A DNA stretch of 64,000 nt from an uncultured Candidatus Saccharibacteria bacterium (lineage in GTDB: Bacteria; Patescibacteriota; Saccharimonadia; Saccharimonadales; EFPC-124), in the NCBI GenBank assembly GCA_965225085.1, contig CBDDBE010000004.1:24897-88896 (forward strand), given 5' to 3'. The translations under genes and the position numbers were made by a program. The notes below the pieces were generated by a model that saw only the letters and a list, made by a program, of their open reading frames with translations, searched no databases and was not told where the DNA came from. Below are positions 18,948 to 27,746 of this stretch, piece after piece. Each line of letters opens with the position of its first letter. The stretch's first letter is position 1.

Positions 18948-20060
18948 TTATCCGGGCAATGTCAATGATTTTGCGACGCTTGGGCCGCTAACCTGGGCTG
19001 TTTGTTCGAGGAAATCTTGTACTACATCGCGGAACTGATATAGACTTTTCGTCTCGAGCCATTCATCGTCACTATGGCTGCCCCCGCCGACCGGATACCC
19101 GACCAATGTTGGGATGCTGTGTACGGCCAGATGACGGGCATCGCTACCGCCGTTGGAGCGCATCGTGCGCAGCGGGATTCCTGTTACTTTCTCGAGGCTA
19201 TTTGCATAGGCAATCACGTAAGGGTCGGTCAGATCTACTTCGATTGGTGAATCATTGATGAGATACTCGCAGTTCACATCGTATTCGTCTGCTAATTCTT
19301 TGAGCCTGGCTACTATTCGGGTATGGTCTTCGTGATTCACTGGCCGAATGTCTATGTCGGAAGTGCAGAGGTCGGCTACCTGGTTGGCCGCGCTACCGCC
19401 ATGCAAGGTGCCGATATTGATAGTGCTGGTATCGGGCGATTGAGTTGCGAAAAGCTCGCGTTGGACGGCCTGAAGGAAGAGCATCATTTTTTCGTTAGCG
19501 CTTTCGCCGTCCCATGGGCGTGAGCCGTGCCCTGGCTTGCCGGTAGCGGTTGCGACTACCCACACCATACCCTTCGCAGCCTGCTCGAGTACCCAGTCTT
19601 TGCCGCCATCGGGCAACACGCAGGCTTCAGGGAGGTAGCCGAGTTCGGTTAGTGCTTTTACTCCGTCTCGTCCGCCCAGTTCCTCATCGGTGGTAATCAT
19701 AAGTCCAAAGTCGTATTTGTGCAGATCATCCTGCAGATCATCAACAAGTTGCAGGTAGGCTGCGATGGCAAATTTCATGTCCAGGACGCCGCGGCCATAC
19801 AGTCGGTCGCCTTTTTCCTGAAGTTTGAATAAACGCGCTGGGCCCGGTACGACGTCAACATGCGCGGCCAGGAGGACCCGTGGGGTCTTGGTGCGCTGGG
19901 TTGTAGCAAATAGTGCCGCATGTCCGCCAAAATCAAATCGCTTCACGTATAGGCCGCGTTCACTCAAAAATAAGTCGATATATTCTATCGCCTGGCGATT
20001 TGCCTCGAGGTCAACACTGACCGTCGGTATAGAAACTAGATGGGAGAGGATGTCTTTCAT
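18948..20060 (-). CDS. M20 family metallopeptidase (ArgE/DapE/ACY1-like)
   Basis: LLAAHVDVVPG, a Glu-Glu catalytic/metal pair (ITTDEELGG), and an HGS/H-rich C-terminal metal ligand region. 370 aa. Confidence 0.8.
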   Translation of the reverse strand: MKDILSHLVSIPTVSVDLEANRQAIEYIDLFLSERGLYVKRFDFGGHAALFATTQRTKTPRVLLAAHVDVVPGPARLFKLQEKGDRLYGRGVLDMKFAIAAYLQLVDDLQDDLHKYDFGLMITTDEELGGRDGVKALTELGYLPEACVLPDGGKDWVLEQAAKGMVWVVATATGKPGHGSRPWDGESANEKMMLFLQAVQRELFATQSPDTSTINIGTLHGGSAANQVADLCTSDIDIRPVNHEDHTRIVARLKELADEYDVNCEYLINDSPIEVDLTDPYVIAYANSLEKVTGIPLRTMRSNGGSDARHLAVHSIPTLVGYPVGGGSHSDDEWLETKSLYQFRDVVQDFLEQTAQVSGPSVAKSLTLPG

Positions 20061-20073
20061 GGGTTTTTGACGT

Positions 20074-20231
20074 AAAAAAACCGAGTCTTGGCTCGGTCGT
20101 GCTTATGCTGTTACTTATTCTCTGCTACGCACTAACCAAGCCCGTGGGGGCCACGAGGATGATAAACATCCAGAATTGGTATACTACGTATTGCATCATC
20201 ATGATTATAATCCTAGGGGGTGAAATGTCAA
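20074..20231 (-). promoter_or_regulatory. near-consensus promoter plus ~125-nt leader ending in an intrinsic terminator just upstream of the M20 peptidase gene
   Basis: Minus strand reads TTGACA (20231-20226), a 16-nt spacer, then TATAAT (20209-20204). The downstream hairpin ACCGAG/CTCGGT (20080-20097) is followed by T7 and ends 14 nt before the ATG at 20060. This could be an attenuator/riboswitch or a small RNA. Confidence 0.4.
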
Positions 20232-20405
20232 TTGATTTCTTTTGGGATTAATTTGACTTTCGTGGTTGTTTGCTGTAAAAGTAAGACTGTGAACGACGTG
20301 AATCTTTATACACAGCATGCATGGACGATGGCCAACATCTTTGGCCTCATTATTTGCGTACCCGTATAAAAGGTTGACCTCCGTTCCCCACCATCCCCGA
20401 AATCG

Positions 20406-20441
20406 AACCGAGCTCAACCACCAGGAAGAGCTCGGTTTTTT
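20406..20441 (+). terminator. rho-independent terminator (no annotated plus-strand gene upstream)
   Basis: AACCGAGCTC (20406-15) pairs with GAGCTCGGTT (20428-37), followed by TTTTTT. Confidence 0.5.
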
Positions 20442-20558
20442 AAGCTAAGAATGACGACCTATCGGCGTTCATCGCTGCGCACTAAGGTAGACTGGCCTTA
20501 CCTTGGTGCGCAGGGGTGAAAGCCTCACACGCAGTGCCCCCAACTAGAAAGAGTGGAC

Positions 20559-20846
20559 ATGGCGAAACGTCTGAAGTTGGAAGGTAATGTTCGGCGTCAG
20601 TATGAAGGTTTGCTGAAGCTGCTCAACGCATCACAGCCAGATCTGCAGCTCATTGCAAACAAGGCGAATTCACTGATGGCCTTGAAGCCATCAGGAATTT
20701 CCTTCTGGATTTGGATTGACGGGCTATATACCCGAGCCCAGTGCATGCTGATACGCGAGGCGTTGAGCCCGCACTCCCCCCGTCGGGAACCCGACGAAGG
20801 GAGCCCGGACGAAGTCCGATTTGCCGGCAGGGGCCAGCAGCGTTAA
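20559..20846 (+). CDS. hypothetical protein
   Basis: ATG at 20559 (GTG at 20553 listed). GC-rich, no recognisable domain. Followed by the GGTGGAGG/CCTCCACC hairpin (20861-20892). Confidence 0.35.
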   Translation: MAKRLKLEGNVRRQYEGLLKLLNASQPDLQLIANKANSLMALKPSGISFWIWIDGLYTRAQCMLIREALSPHSPRREPDEGSPDEVRFAGRGQQR

Positions 20847-20926
20847 GCGGCCTGCGTAGTGGTGGAGGTTGGGATAGCTCCTGGCCTCCACCGCGCAAAA
20901 AATATCATTATCATAGCAAGGAATGT

Positions 20927-21715
20927 ATGACAGCTGAAGTCGTAGGATATTCGGGTGATATGAACTCCCGGTCTGGTCGGGGGTGTTTTGGCGTACCTTC
21001 CTCCGTTGACCATGGCCAAGGGCGGCTGTGGCGTGCTACTCAGGAGCTCGTTGCGATATCTGATATGAGGTCAACAGCAAACGAGGTGAATTTGCTTGAG
21101 ACCAAGCATGGAGTATCAGAGGAAGAAGTCCGCGAGAGATTGCGCCAAGCAAGGACGGTAGCCGCTCGATGGGCCATTGCACGGGCGTATCCAGAAGTAC
21201 GGAGTGTTGAGCTCGCTCGGGTGAAAAACCCCGATGACTGGGACGCGACTGATGAGGCTGAGCGCGAGATTGCCGCACTTGCAGCCTCTGAACGAGCCGA
21301 GCTAATTCCACGCCGGTCGCCCGAAGCGAATATTCGGATATGGCTCGACCCGTCTGTGGTTGCCGCGAAGGGGCTGGTCGAAGCCCGTCGTCGTCGCCGT
21401 CTATTCGCACTGTCAAGCCCGACTAATACCCCTAAAGTTACTGAAGTTGTAGAAGTAATAAAGGAGGCCAAGTTCATATTAGATCTCCGTAGATTGAGCC
21501 GTGTTGACGGAGGTGTCGCCGCCGTACTGCGCGCCGCCGCCGCACTGCCTCACAGAGAGCCAAGTGAAATTCATAGGAGCTTTGCCGCGACGCCCATAAT
21601 AGAGAGTGCGATAGACGGTCGGGGCATGTACGAGGGCGAGCCGCTATTAACTCCGGCCGTCACGACATACTATGCCGAGCGTCGGTATGTAAAGTCGGAC
21701 CGGCAGGGATCGTGA
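20927..21715 (+). CDS. hypothetical protein
   Basis: ATG at 20927 (MTAEVVGYS) with AAGGA upstream. The upstream part of the listed 324-aa ORF looks non-coding. Arg/Ala/Glu-rich with no recognisable domain. Confidence 0.45.
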   Translation: MTAEVVGYSGDMNSRSGRGCFGVPSSVDHGQGRLWRATQELVAISDMRSTANEVNLLETKHGVSEEEVRERLRQARTVAARWAIARAYPEVRSVELARVKNPDDWDATDEAEREIAALAASERAELIPRRSPEANIRIWLDPSVVAAKGLVEARRRRRLFALSSPTNTPKVTEVVEVIKEAKFILDLRRLSRVDGGVAAVLRAAAALPHREPSEIHRSFAATPIIESAIDGRGMYEGEPLLTPAVTTYYAERRYVKSDRQGS

Positions 21716-21717
21716 AC

Positions 21718-22635
21718 CTAGACAGCGATAGGTGCCTTGATGCCCGGGTCGGGGTCGTAGCCGTCGAGCCTAAAATCGTCGATAGTATAGTCAAATAGTG
21801 ACGTCACCTTGGGGTTGATCCACATGGTTGGGAGTTTTTTGGGTGTGCGTGATAGTTGAAGGTCAACTTGCTCTAAGTGGTTGACGTATAGGTGCGTATC
21901 GCCGAGGGTGTGGACGAAATCGCCCGGCTTCAATCCAGTCACTTGCGCCATCATTAGGGTGAGCAGCGCGTAACTAGCGATGTTGAACGGCACGCCCAGG
22001 AAGGTGTCTGCGCTACGCTGGTATAGCTGGCAGCTCAGTCGCCCTTCCGAAACATAGAATTGAAACAGTGTGTGGCACGGAGGCAGGCCGGCCTTTGCCA
22101 TCTGTTCGATATCGGCGACATTCCAGGCCGATACGATGATACGCCTTGAGTCGGGATTTGTCCGGATAGTGTCTATAGCTTGTTGAATTTGATCGATATA
22201 GCGGCCGTCCGGTGCCGGCCAGCTACGCCACTGGTAGCCGTACACGGGACCTAGCTCGCCGTATTGCTGTGCGAATTTTTCTTCGGTCTTGATGCGCCGG
22301 GCAAACTCCGCAATTCCCGCTCGCCAGGCCTCGCTACCTGGTTCGGGGACGGCTTGCTTGGTTTTCTGCAGGTAGGCTCTAAACGGCCATTCATCCCAGA
22401 TATGCACATCATTGTCGACGAGGTACTTGATGTTCGTACTCCCTTGTAGGAACCACAATAGCTCGTGAATGATTCCGCGCAGGAAGAGTTTCTTGGTTGT
22501 GACTGCCGGGAAGCCTTGGCTGAGGTCAAAACGCATCTGCCGGCCAAAAACGCTCAGCGTGTCGGTTCCGGTACGGTTGGCTTTCTTGACGCCGTTTTCT
22601 TTGATGTCTTTGAGGAGGTCGAGGTATTGTCTCAT
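21718..22635 (-). CDS. thyA: thymidylate synthase (ThyA)
   Basis: MRQYLDLL...[12 protein letters not shown] start, ELLWFL, the PPCH catalytic Cys region and DTHLY. 305 aa, with insertions relative to the 264-aa E. coli form. Confidence 0.95.
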   Translation of the reverse strand: MRQYLDLLKDIKENGVKKANRTGTDTLSVFGRQMRFDLSQGFPAVTTKKLFLRGIIHELLWFLQGSTNIKYLVDNDVHIWDEWPFRAYLQKTKQAVPEPGSEAWRAGIAEFARRIKTEEKFAQQYGELGPVYGYQWRSWPAPDGRYIDQIQQAIDTIRTNPDSRRIIVSAWNVADIEQMAKAGLPPCHTLFQFYVSEGRLSCQLYQRSADTFLGVPFNIASYALLTLMMAQVTGLKPGDFVHTLGDTHLYVNHLEQVDLQLSRTPKKLPTMWINPKVTSLFDYTIDDFRLDGYDPDPGIKAPIAV

Positions 22636-23328
22636 TTACTTGTCGCCTTTCTGGAGCTTGGCGGTCACTAGCTCCCATATCTGATTGTGCGTAACATCGG
22701 CCGGTAACATAGTGGCTTCATCCTGCATGCAGTCGAGACGGTGATATTGATCGGGAAATAGTTCGCAGATTTCTCGGTATACCGCGGCAGATCGGCGTAG
22801 GAAATCCGGATTGGCTTCGTGGATATCGGACACGTGGTCACCTTCTGCAGTGCGCTTCGCCATATTGCGAGCAGCCTGATCGTCGGTAACTGACAGGACG
22901 ATATTTACATCTGGTCGCGGAATGCCCATGATAGTAAATTCGAAGTCGTCCAGCCAGGCAAAGAACTCGCGGCGTGCTTGCTCGTCGAGCATTTTCGCGC
23001 CCTGATGGCCCATATTTGCGGCGACATATCGGTCGACAATGACCGTGACGCCTCGGTCGAGCTGCTGGCGAATGTCTTCGCCCGCGGCATAGCGGTCGAG
23101 CGCATAGAATACGGATGCCCGTTTGGCTGGAATCTCGTCGGCTTGGCCATAGTGCCCCTGGAGGTATTGTTGGACGAAGTATGCCGACGGCTGTTTATAT
23201 TGAGGGAATTTGATCATTTTGAACTCAATTCCCTCGGTCTTAAGGCGGTCGCAGAGCATGGCGTATTGCGTGCTCTTGCCTGACCCATCACTGCCGTCGA
23301 TGACGATAAATGCGCCATGATTATGCAT
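22636..23328 (-). CDS. tmk: dTMP kinase
   Basis: ATG at 23328 (MHNHGAFIVIDGSDGSGKST) overlaps the dcd stop by 8 nt. P-loop and DRY motif (VDRYVAAN). The N-terminal 60 aa of the listed ORF are unlikely to be coding. Confidence 0.85.
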   Translation of the reverse strand: MHNHGAFIVIDGSDGSGKSTQYAMLCDRLKTEGIEFKMIKFPQYKQPSAYFVQQYLQGHYGQADEIPAKRASVFYALDRYAAGEDIRQQLDRGVTVIVDRYVAANMGHQGAKMLDEQARREFFAWLDDFEFTIMGIPRPDVNIVLSVTDDQAARNMAKRTAEGDHVSDIHEANPDFLRRSAAVYREICELFPDQYHRLDCMQDEATMLPADVTHNQIWELVTAKLQKGDK

Positions 23329-24007
23329 GAAGAGGTTTCCTCCGCTCATCTTTATATGCGCGGGGTAGCATTTGTTGGGGTGTCCAGTTTTTGATGAGTG
23401 ACGGTAGGTCGTCGGCTTGTGACTGCTGGTACTTACCGCTGAGGTGGTGGTATTCGCTTTCGACTGGGCCAGTGCCGTAGAACACGAGCTGTGCAATACG
23501 TTCACCAACCGGCAGGATGACGCTGTCGCGCTGGTTCATGTTGTAAATCTCCATTGTCCAGCGGTTGATATACCCTGGGTCGCCCCAGCCGGCATCCAGA
23601 CAGACCGCGACTCCGTTGCGGCCCCAGGTACTGCGAGCCTGCATGGTGCTGGTGGCGTCGCCCTTCACGCCAACGAATTCGTGCGTATGGGCCAAGATGC
23701 GCTCCCCTGGTTCGAGCACAATAATGGGATGATCCTTAGGAATACCGACAAACAGCGTGCGGCCGTGTTTTGCGCACCATGTTTGGTGCTTTTCGGCCTG
23801 GAATGGCCCTTCGAAGTACCGCTCGACGGCTTGGGGGTCGAATGGATTGTACACGCCGCCCAGGTTGCTCCGCTCGGTTTTGTAGTACCATTCGCCCAGC
23901 GTTACATCCAGGCTGCTGCCATTGATGTGTTCTTCGACGTGCGGGTGAAAGACGAGCTGACCGCTCTTGATCGCTGCTTTGATGTCGGTATTGCTGTAGA
24001 CCCCCAT
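23321..24007 (-). CDS. dcd: dCTP deaminase/dUTPase-superfamily enzyme
   Basis: ARSTWGRNGV and AGWGDPGY...TMEIYN motifs of the dCTP deaminase family. 228 aa, with an internal insertion. Confidence 0.8.
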   Translation of the reverse strand: MGVYSNTDIKAAIKSGQLVFHPHVEEHINGSSLDVTLGEWYYKTERSNLGGVYNPFDPQAVERYFEGPFQAEKHQTWCAKHGRTLFVGIPKDHPIIVLEPGERILAHTHEFVGVKGDATSTMQARSTWGRNGVAVCLDAGWGDPGYINRWTMEIYNMNQRDSVILPVGERIAQLVFYGTGPVESEYHHLSGKYQQSQADDLPSLIKNWTPQQMLPRAYKDERRKPLHA

Positions 24008-24063
24008 TGCTCCCCTCTGCTTTCTTCTCCTATTGTGCCGGAGTTACGAATGGAGAGCAAGAG

Positions 24064-24822
24064 CTACTGCGCCGAGTAAGAGGCTCTGAGTTTGCCGACC
24101 ACCATATCGCTGCGGAACTGCTCGGCCAGAAGTTGCAGCTGGGCGGGCGTGCCGTTATTGTGCACGGTACAATCCGGCGTGATTTCAGACCGGCTGGCTT
24201 CGGTCATGTCGGTGGTGTCCGCGCCATTCAGCGGTCGGTCCACGGCAATGATACGCCCACCATGCAGGCGTACTACCTCGGCGTCACTGGGGTAGCGCAG
24301 GCCGTTGACGATGACTAGATTTTTGTCGCTGTCATGCAGATCTATCCGTCGAAATAGTTCGTCGTACCAGATGGTTTTGTGCAATCGAGCGATCAGGTAG
24401 CCGCCCAGCCACTGCAGGAGCGGTCGGTACGTGGGCTTATTTGCAGCGGTAATGGCTGCGTCGAGCAAGCTTGGTTGCGCCTTGGCCGCGTCGACGTACG
24501 TAAAGATTTTTTCAAAAAGTTCAGGGTGTGCTGCCTGCAAATGCGGGGTGATGGCGAGCTGGTTCCAGGTGGCTTCGGTATGCAGGTGCTCGCTGATGGA
24601 TTCTACGAACCAGATGAGGGCTTGGTTGACCAGCTCGACGTTGTTTGTTGTGGTTTCGAAGGCTAGCTCCCCGCTGAGCGCACGGTTGAAGTCTGCCGCG
24701 AGCTCGATAATGAGACCGCTCGTCTCGTATACGGCATGGCTTGGCTCCAGGTCGCTCAAGAACGTAGCAAACGTGGATTTGCCGCTGCCGATCGCCCCGG
24801 TAATGCCGATGATATCGCTCAT
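24064..24822 (-). CDS. P-loop nucleoside/nucleotide kinase-like protein
   Basis: IGITGAIGSGKST Walker A (CoaE/dNMP-kinase-like), a roughly 100-aa helical insertion, and a C-terminal VNGLRYPSDAEVVR..GGRIIAVDRP region. Substrate unknown. Confidence 0.6.
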   Translation of the reverse strand: MSDIIGITGAIGSGKSTFATFLSDLEPSHAVYETSGLIIELAADFNRALSGELAFETTTNNVELVNQALIWFVESISEHLHTEATWNQLAITPHLQAAHPELFEKIFTYVDAAKAQPSLLDAAITAANKPTYRPLLQWLGGYLIARLHKTIWYDELFRRIDLHDSDKNLVIVNGLRYPSDAEVVRLHGGRIIAVDRPLNGADTTDMTEASRSEITPDCTVHNNGTPAQLQLLAEQFRSDMVVGKLRASYSAQ

Positions 24823-24869
24823 GCTTACATACTACCAAAAACTGGCCTGATCTACAGAAAGTTTATGCG

Positions 24870-25208
24870 CTAGGCCGCTTCCGCGAGGTGGTCGGATTCG
24901 GCATCTTCGGCAGGAAGCACAAGGTTGAGCGCATGCGATCCGAGCGCGCGAATGGTCGTGGACAGAGGCGCTTCCTCTGCTGTTTCACGCCCTGGCGGGT
25001 TTTCTGGCGGAGGACTTTCGCCCGCTTTGCGCTTGTCGGCCAGATCTGGGTCGAGTAGGTCATCGATGTCCTGAAGCACCTTGTCGGCGGCTAACCGTGC
25101 TGGAAACGTCTGGTGCCGATACGCTGTATCGCGTCGTGGGATATCGTAGCTGGGGGGAACATGCAAACGCCCCGACGGTTCATCGGGGCGCGGTGCATAT
25201 TCAGGCAT
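24870..25208 (-). CDS. hypothetical Pro/Asp/Glu-rich, probably disordered protein
   Basis: Starts 17 nt after the rplA stop on the same strand. Low-complexity composition. Coding status uncertain. Confidence 0.35.
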   Translation of the reverse strand: MPEYAPRPDEPSGRLHVPPSYDIPRRDTAYRHQTFPARLAADKVLQDIDDLLDPDLADKRKAGESPPPENPPGRETAEEAPLSTTIRALGSHALNLVLPAEDAESDHLAEAA

Positions 25209-25224
25209 ACTTTTTGCCGGAGTC

Positions 25225-26172
25225 CTACAGGCTGGTGGTATCTACTTTGATACCAGGGCCCATGGTCGTACTAATGGTGACGGCCTTGATGTAGGAGCCT
25301 TTGATGCCGTTTGGCTTGACGCTGTTCAGGCTGGTTATAACGGCCTGGGCGTTTTCGACAAGCTTGGCAGTCTCAAAACTGACTTTACCAAAGCCAAGGT
25401 GGACGATGGCTTGCTTGTCGACGCGGTATTCAATGCGACCAGCTTTGGCTTCCTCAACTGCCTTGGCGATGTTGGTAGTGACGGTGCCGCTCTTGGGGTT
25501 CGGCATGAGGCCGCGTGGACCGAGCAGTCGCGCGTATTTACCCAGTCGTGCCATCATTTGCGGTGTGGCGATCAGTACGTCGAAGTCCAGCTGTTCTTTG
25601 TCGAGCAGTTGCAGCAGATCTTCCTCGCCGGCGATGTCAGCGCCCGCTTTTTTGGCGGCGGTCAGTTGATCCGCTGGTGCAAATACGGCAACGCGTACGG
25701 TTTTGCCGGTGCCATGAGGTAGCGTCACGGTAGCACGGATGTTTTGGTCGGCTTGGCGTGGGTCTACACCGAGGTTGACATGTAGCTCAACGGTAGCGTC
25801 AAATTTGGTTGGGCTAGTCTTGGCGGCTAACTGTACTGCCTCGTCGAGGTTGTAGACTTTGGCCTCTTTGATTTGCTCGGCTAGCTTGCGGTAGTTTTTG
25901 CCGCGGCGCTCGAGGCGTGAGCGAGTCTTGGGCGCTGGGCCTTTGTGGTCGGCATGCGCCCGTGCTTCGTCGGTTTGTGGAGCGGTGTCGCCGGTGGCTT
26001 TGCGCTCTTCCTTGGCTACTTTTTCTTCGACTTCAGCAAGCGCTTTTGCACTTCTCTTACCAGCCTTGGCGGTAGCCTTCTCGGGTTGGTCCTGCGTAGC
26101 GGCTGCTTTGGGCGCTTGTTCGATTATTTCTTCTACTTCTTCAGTTGGTTTCTTGGCTTTGTCTTCTGCCAT
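25225..26172 (-). CDS. rplA: 50S ribosomal protein L1 with ~90-aa Lys/Ala/Glu-rich N-terminal extension
   Basis: ATG at 26172 with AGGAG 8 nt upstream. The canonical L1 domain begins near KNYRKLAEQI...FDATVELHVNLGVDPRQADQNIR. Confidence 0.9.
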   Translation of the reverse strand: MAEDKAKKPTEEVEEIIEQAPKAAATQDQPEKATAKAGKRSAKALAEVEEKVAKEERKATGDTAPQTDEARAHADHKGPAPKTRSRLERRGKNYRKLAEQIKEAKVYNLDEAVQLAAKTSPTKFDATVELHVNLGVDPRQADQNIRATVTLPHGTGKTVRVAVFAPADQLTAAKKAGADIAGEEDLLQLLDKEQLDFDVLIATPQMMARLGKYARLLGPRGLMPNPKSGTVTTNIAKAVEEAKAGRIEYRVDKQAIVHLGFGKVSFETAKLVENAQAVITSLNSVKPNGIKGSYIKAVTISTTMGPGIKVDTTSL

Positions 26173-26230
26173 AAGGGGTACTCCTGCGTGGTGCAATCGG
26201 CGTTTTAGGTGCCTCCCACGATTATTATAT

Positions 26231-26656
26231 TTATTCGGTGACGTCGACGCCCATGCTGCGAGCGGTACCGGCGATAACCTTTACGGCTGCATCCAGGTCG
26301 TTTGCATTCAGAACGTGCATCTTCACTTTAGCAATTTCCTCAAGCTGGGCTCGAGAGATCTTGCCGACTTTCTCGGCGTGCGGTTTGCCAGAGCCCTTTT
26401 TTAGGCCGATGGCTTCGCGAATCATGTCATCAACCGGCTGGCCGATAACCGTGAAGGCAAACGTGCGGTCCTCATGTACCTGTACGTGTACCAGAACATC
26501 CTTGCCCATCATGTCTTTGGTGCGATCGTTAAAGGTATTGACGAAGTCCATCAGGTTCAGCCCATGCTGACCCAAAATAGAACCGACTGGCGGCCCTGCT
26601 GACGCGCGGCCGGCTGGCACGCGGAATTTCAAATTTGCAACTATTTTCTTTGCCAT
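26231..26656 (-). CDS. rplK: 50S ribosomal protein L11
   Basis: MAKKIVANLKFRVPAGRASAGPPVGSILGQHGLN signature. 141 aa. Confidence 0.95.
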   Translation of the reverse strand: MAKKIVANLKFRVPAGRASAGPPVGSILGQHGLNLMDFVNTFNDRTKDMMGKDVLVHVQVHEDRTFAFTVIGQPVDDMIREAIGLKKGSGKPHAEKVGKISRAQLEEIAKVKMHVLNANDLDAAVKVIAGTARSMGVDVTE

Positions 26657-26693
26657 AATCTTCCTTGCGTTAGAGAAGTGCGTAACGGATGAT

Positions 26694-26722
26694 ATTATAC
26701 AGGATTTCGTATCTGTTGTATA
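26694..26722 (-). promoter_or_regulatory. candidate rplK-rplA promoter (extended -10)
   Basis: Minus strand reads TATACA (26722-17), a 17-nt spacer ending in TG, then TATAAT (26699-94), 38 nt upstream of the rplK ATG. Confidence 0.35.
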
Positions 26723-26791
26723 GGGGTTTGGAGGGATATCAAAAGGCCCCTCCCACGTTCATATCGCGAACGCGGGAGAGGCCGGGGCTAC

Positions 26792-27118
26792 TCACCCCTC
26801 TTCGTGCACCTCCTCGAAGTAGTGGAATAGCAGCCCGTGTCGCCGGCTCAGCATGCGCAGCAGGAACCTGATGCAGTTCGTCCAATCCTCGAAATTGTTG
26901 GACGGAAGCTCGAATTTCAGGACGGCGACGTAGCCGTCGTTGACTGCGATCCCGCCCTTCAGCCACTCGCACACAGTAGTGCCGAGAGCGTTGCGCAGGG
27001 CCTCTGGGCTCGCGCCTGGCCCCATTTGGACCGCGGCTCGCCAGGGAATCAGGGTGTCCAGCACTTCTTCTTCTCTGTCGGGCCTGGTGCGCGGCTTGCG
27101 AAACATGCGTCTCTCCAT
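26792..27118 (-). CDS. hypothetical small protein (108 aa)
   Basis: GC-rich ORF. A GC hairpin (26745-26783) begins 9 nt after the stop. No recognisable domain. Confidence 0.4.
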   Translation of the reverse strand: MERRMFRKPRTRPDREEEVLDTLIPWRAAVQMGPGASPEALRNALGTTVCEWLKGGIAVNDGYVAVLKFELPSNNFEDWTNCIRFLLRMLSRRHGLLFHYFEEVHEEG

Positions 27119-27288
27119 TCATGAAGCAGGGAGCTGTTACCTATATTATATACTAATATTTTAAATAAATCTATATAATGCCTGGTGATGTTCTTCCATG
27201 TTTGCGCAATAAAACATGGACGGGGTTTTGCTGGGGTGATTTTTACCCTCTCTGCTGAGCCCAAAGCAGAGAGGGCGACGCTGAAGCT

Positions 27289-27612
27289 TCAGACCGTGAA
27301 ATAGAAGCCTAGATCAATAGCGAAGTCTTTTCCTTCAACGAGGCCAAGCTGTTGCCGGCACTCCCGAACTAGATGCTCACAAAGCGTTCCTCCGAGCCCA
27401 GACGCATGTTCGATCCTGCCTACACGAGTAGGGTTTGGAGGCATCTCGGCAAGCAAAAGTTCCGGAATCTGACTGATTTCTAGGACAGGAGTGCTACGCA
27501 GCTCCTCTGTGTCTACCAGACGTGGCCACGCATCGACGATTTTCTGGAGGGCTTCGATTTGGCCGACTACGATCAGAAAATTAGCTTCCGGTGGTTGGTT
27601 GTTCATGTTCAT
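27289..27612 (-). CDS. hypothetical small protein (~106 aa)
   Basis: ATG at 27612 or 27606, with GAGAGGG directly upstream. A perfect 10-bp GC hairpin (27246-27275) lies downstream. No recognisable domain. Confidence 0.4.
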   Translation of the reverse strand: MNMNNQPPEANFLIVVGQIEALQKIVDAWPRLVDTEELRSTPVLEISQIPELLLAEMPPNPTRVGRIEHASGLGGTLCEHLVRECRQQLGLVEGKDFAIDLGFYFTV

Positions 27613-27746
27613 CCCTCTCGGGGGGTGCCACAGCATTGTGAAGCATAGCCCCCTATGACGCAACTGTAGAAGTATGACATGACGATGCTGCGCCTTGAAG
27701 GAAAGTAGAATGCCCTCCGCCCAGTTGTTGGGCAGAGGGCGAGTAC

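Noticed and set aside
20061-20450. Possible tmRNA or tRNA-like gene. The minus strand shows GGGGATGG... (a tmRNA-like 5' end) and GGTTCGATTTC (T-loop-like). The plus strand shows CCCCACCA.
   Set aside because: No acceptor-stem complementarity between the putative ends, and no proper T-arm (the GGTTCGA belongs to the terminator hairpin 20406-20441). No tag reading frame of plausible length ends in a stop after an Ala-rich tail. I treat the region as a noncoding regulatory/sRNA candidate instead.
20741-20926. Upstream extension of the 324-aa ORF (MHADTRGVEP...), and the possibility that 20553-20846 and 20741-21715 are one frameshifted gene.
   Set aside because: The extension is Pro/Arg/Gly-rich and overlaps the previous ORF and an intervening hairpin. 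An ATG with AAGGA at 20927 gives a cleaner gene.
24870-25208. Pup-like (prokaryotic ubiquitin-like) protein, suggested by the VLQDIDDLLD segment in a disordered 112-aa ORF.
   Set aside because: The motif is mid-protein and the C-terminus is ...HLAEAA rather than GGQ/GGE. No proteasome or Pup-ligase genes are nearby.
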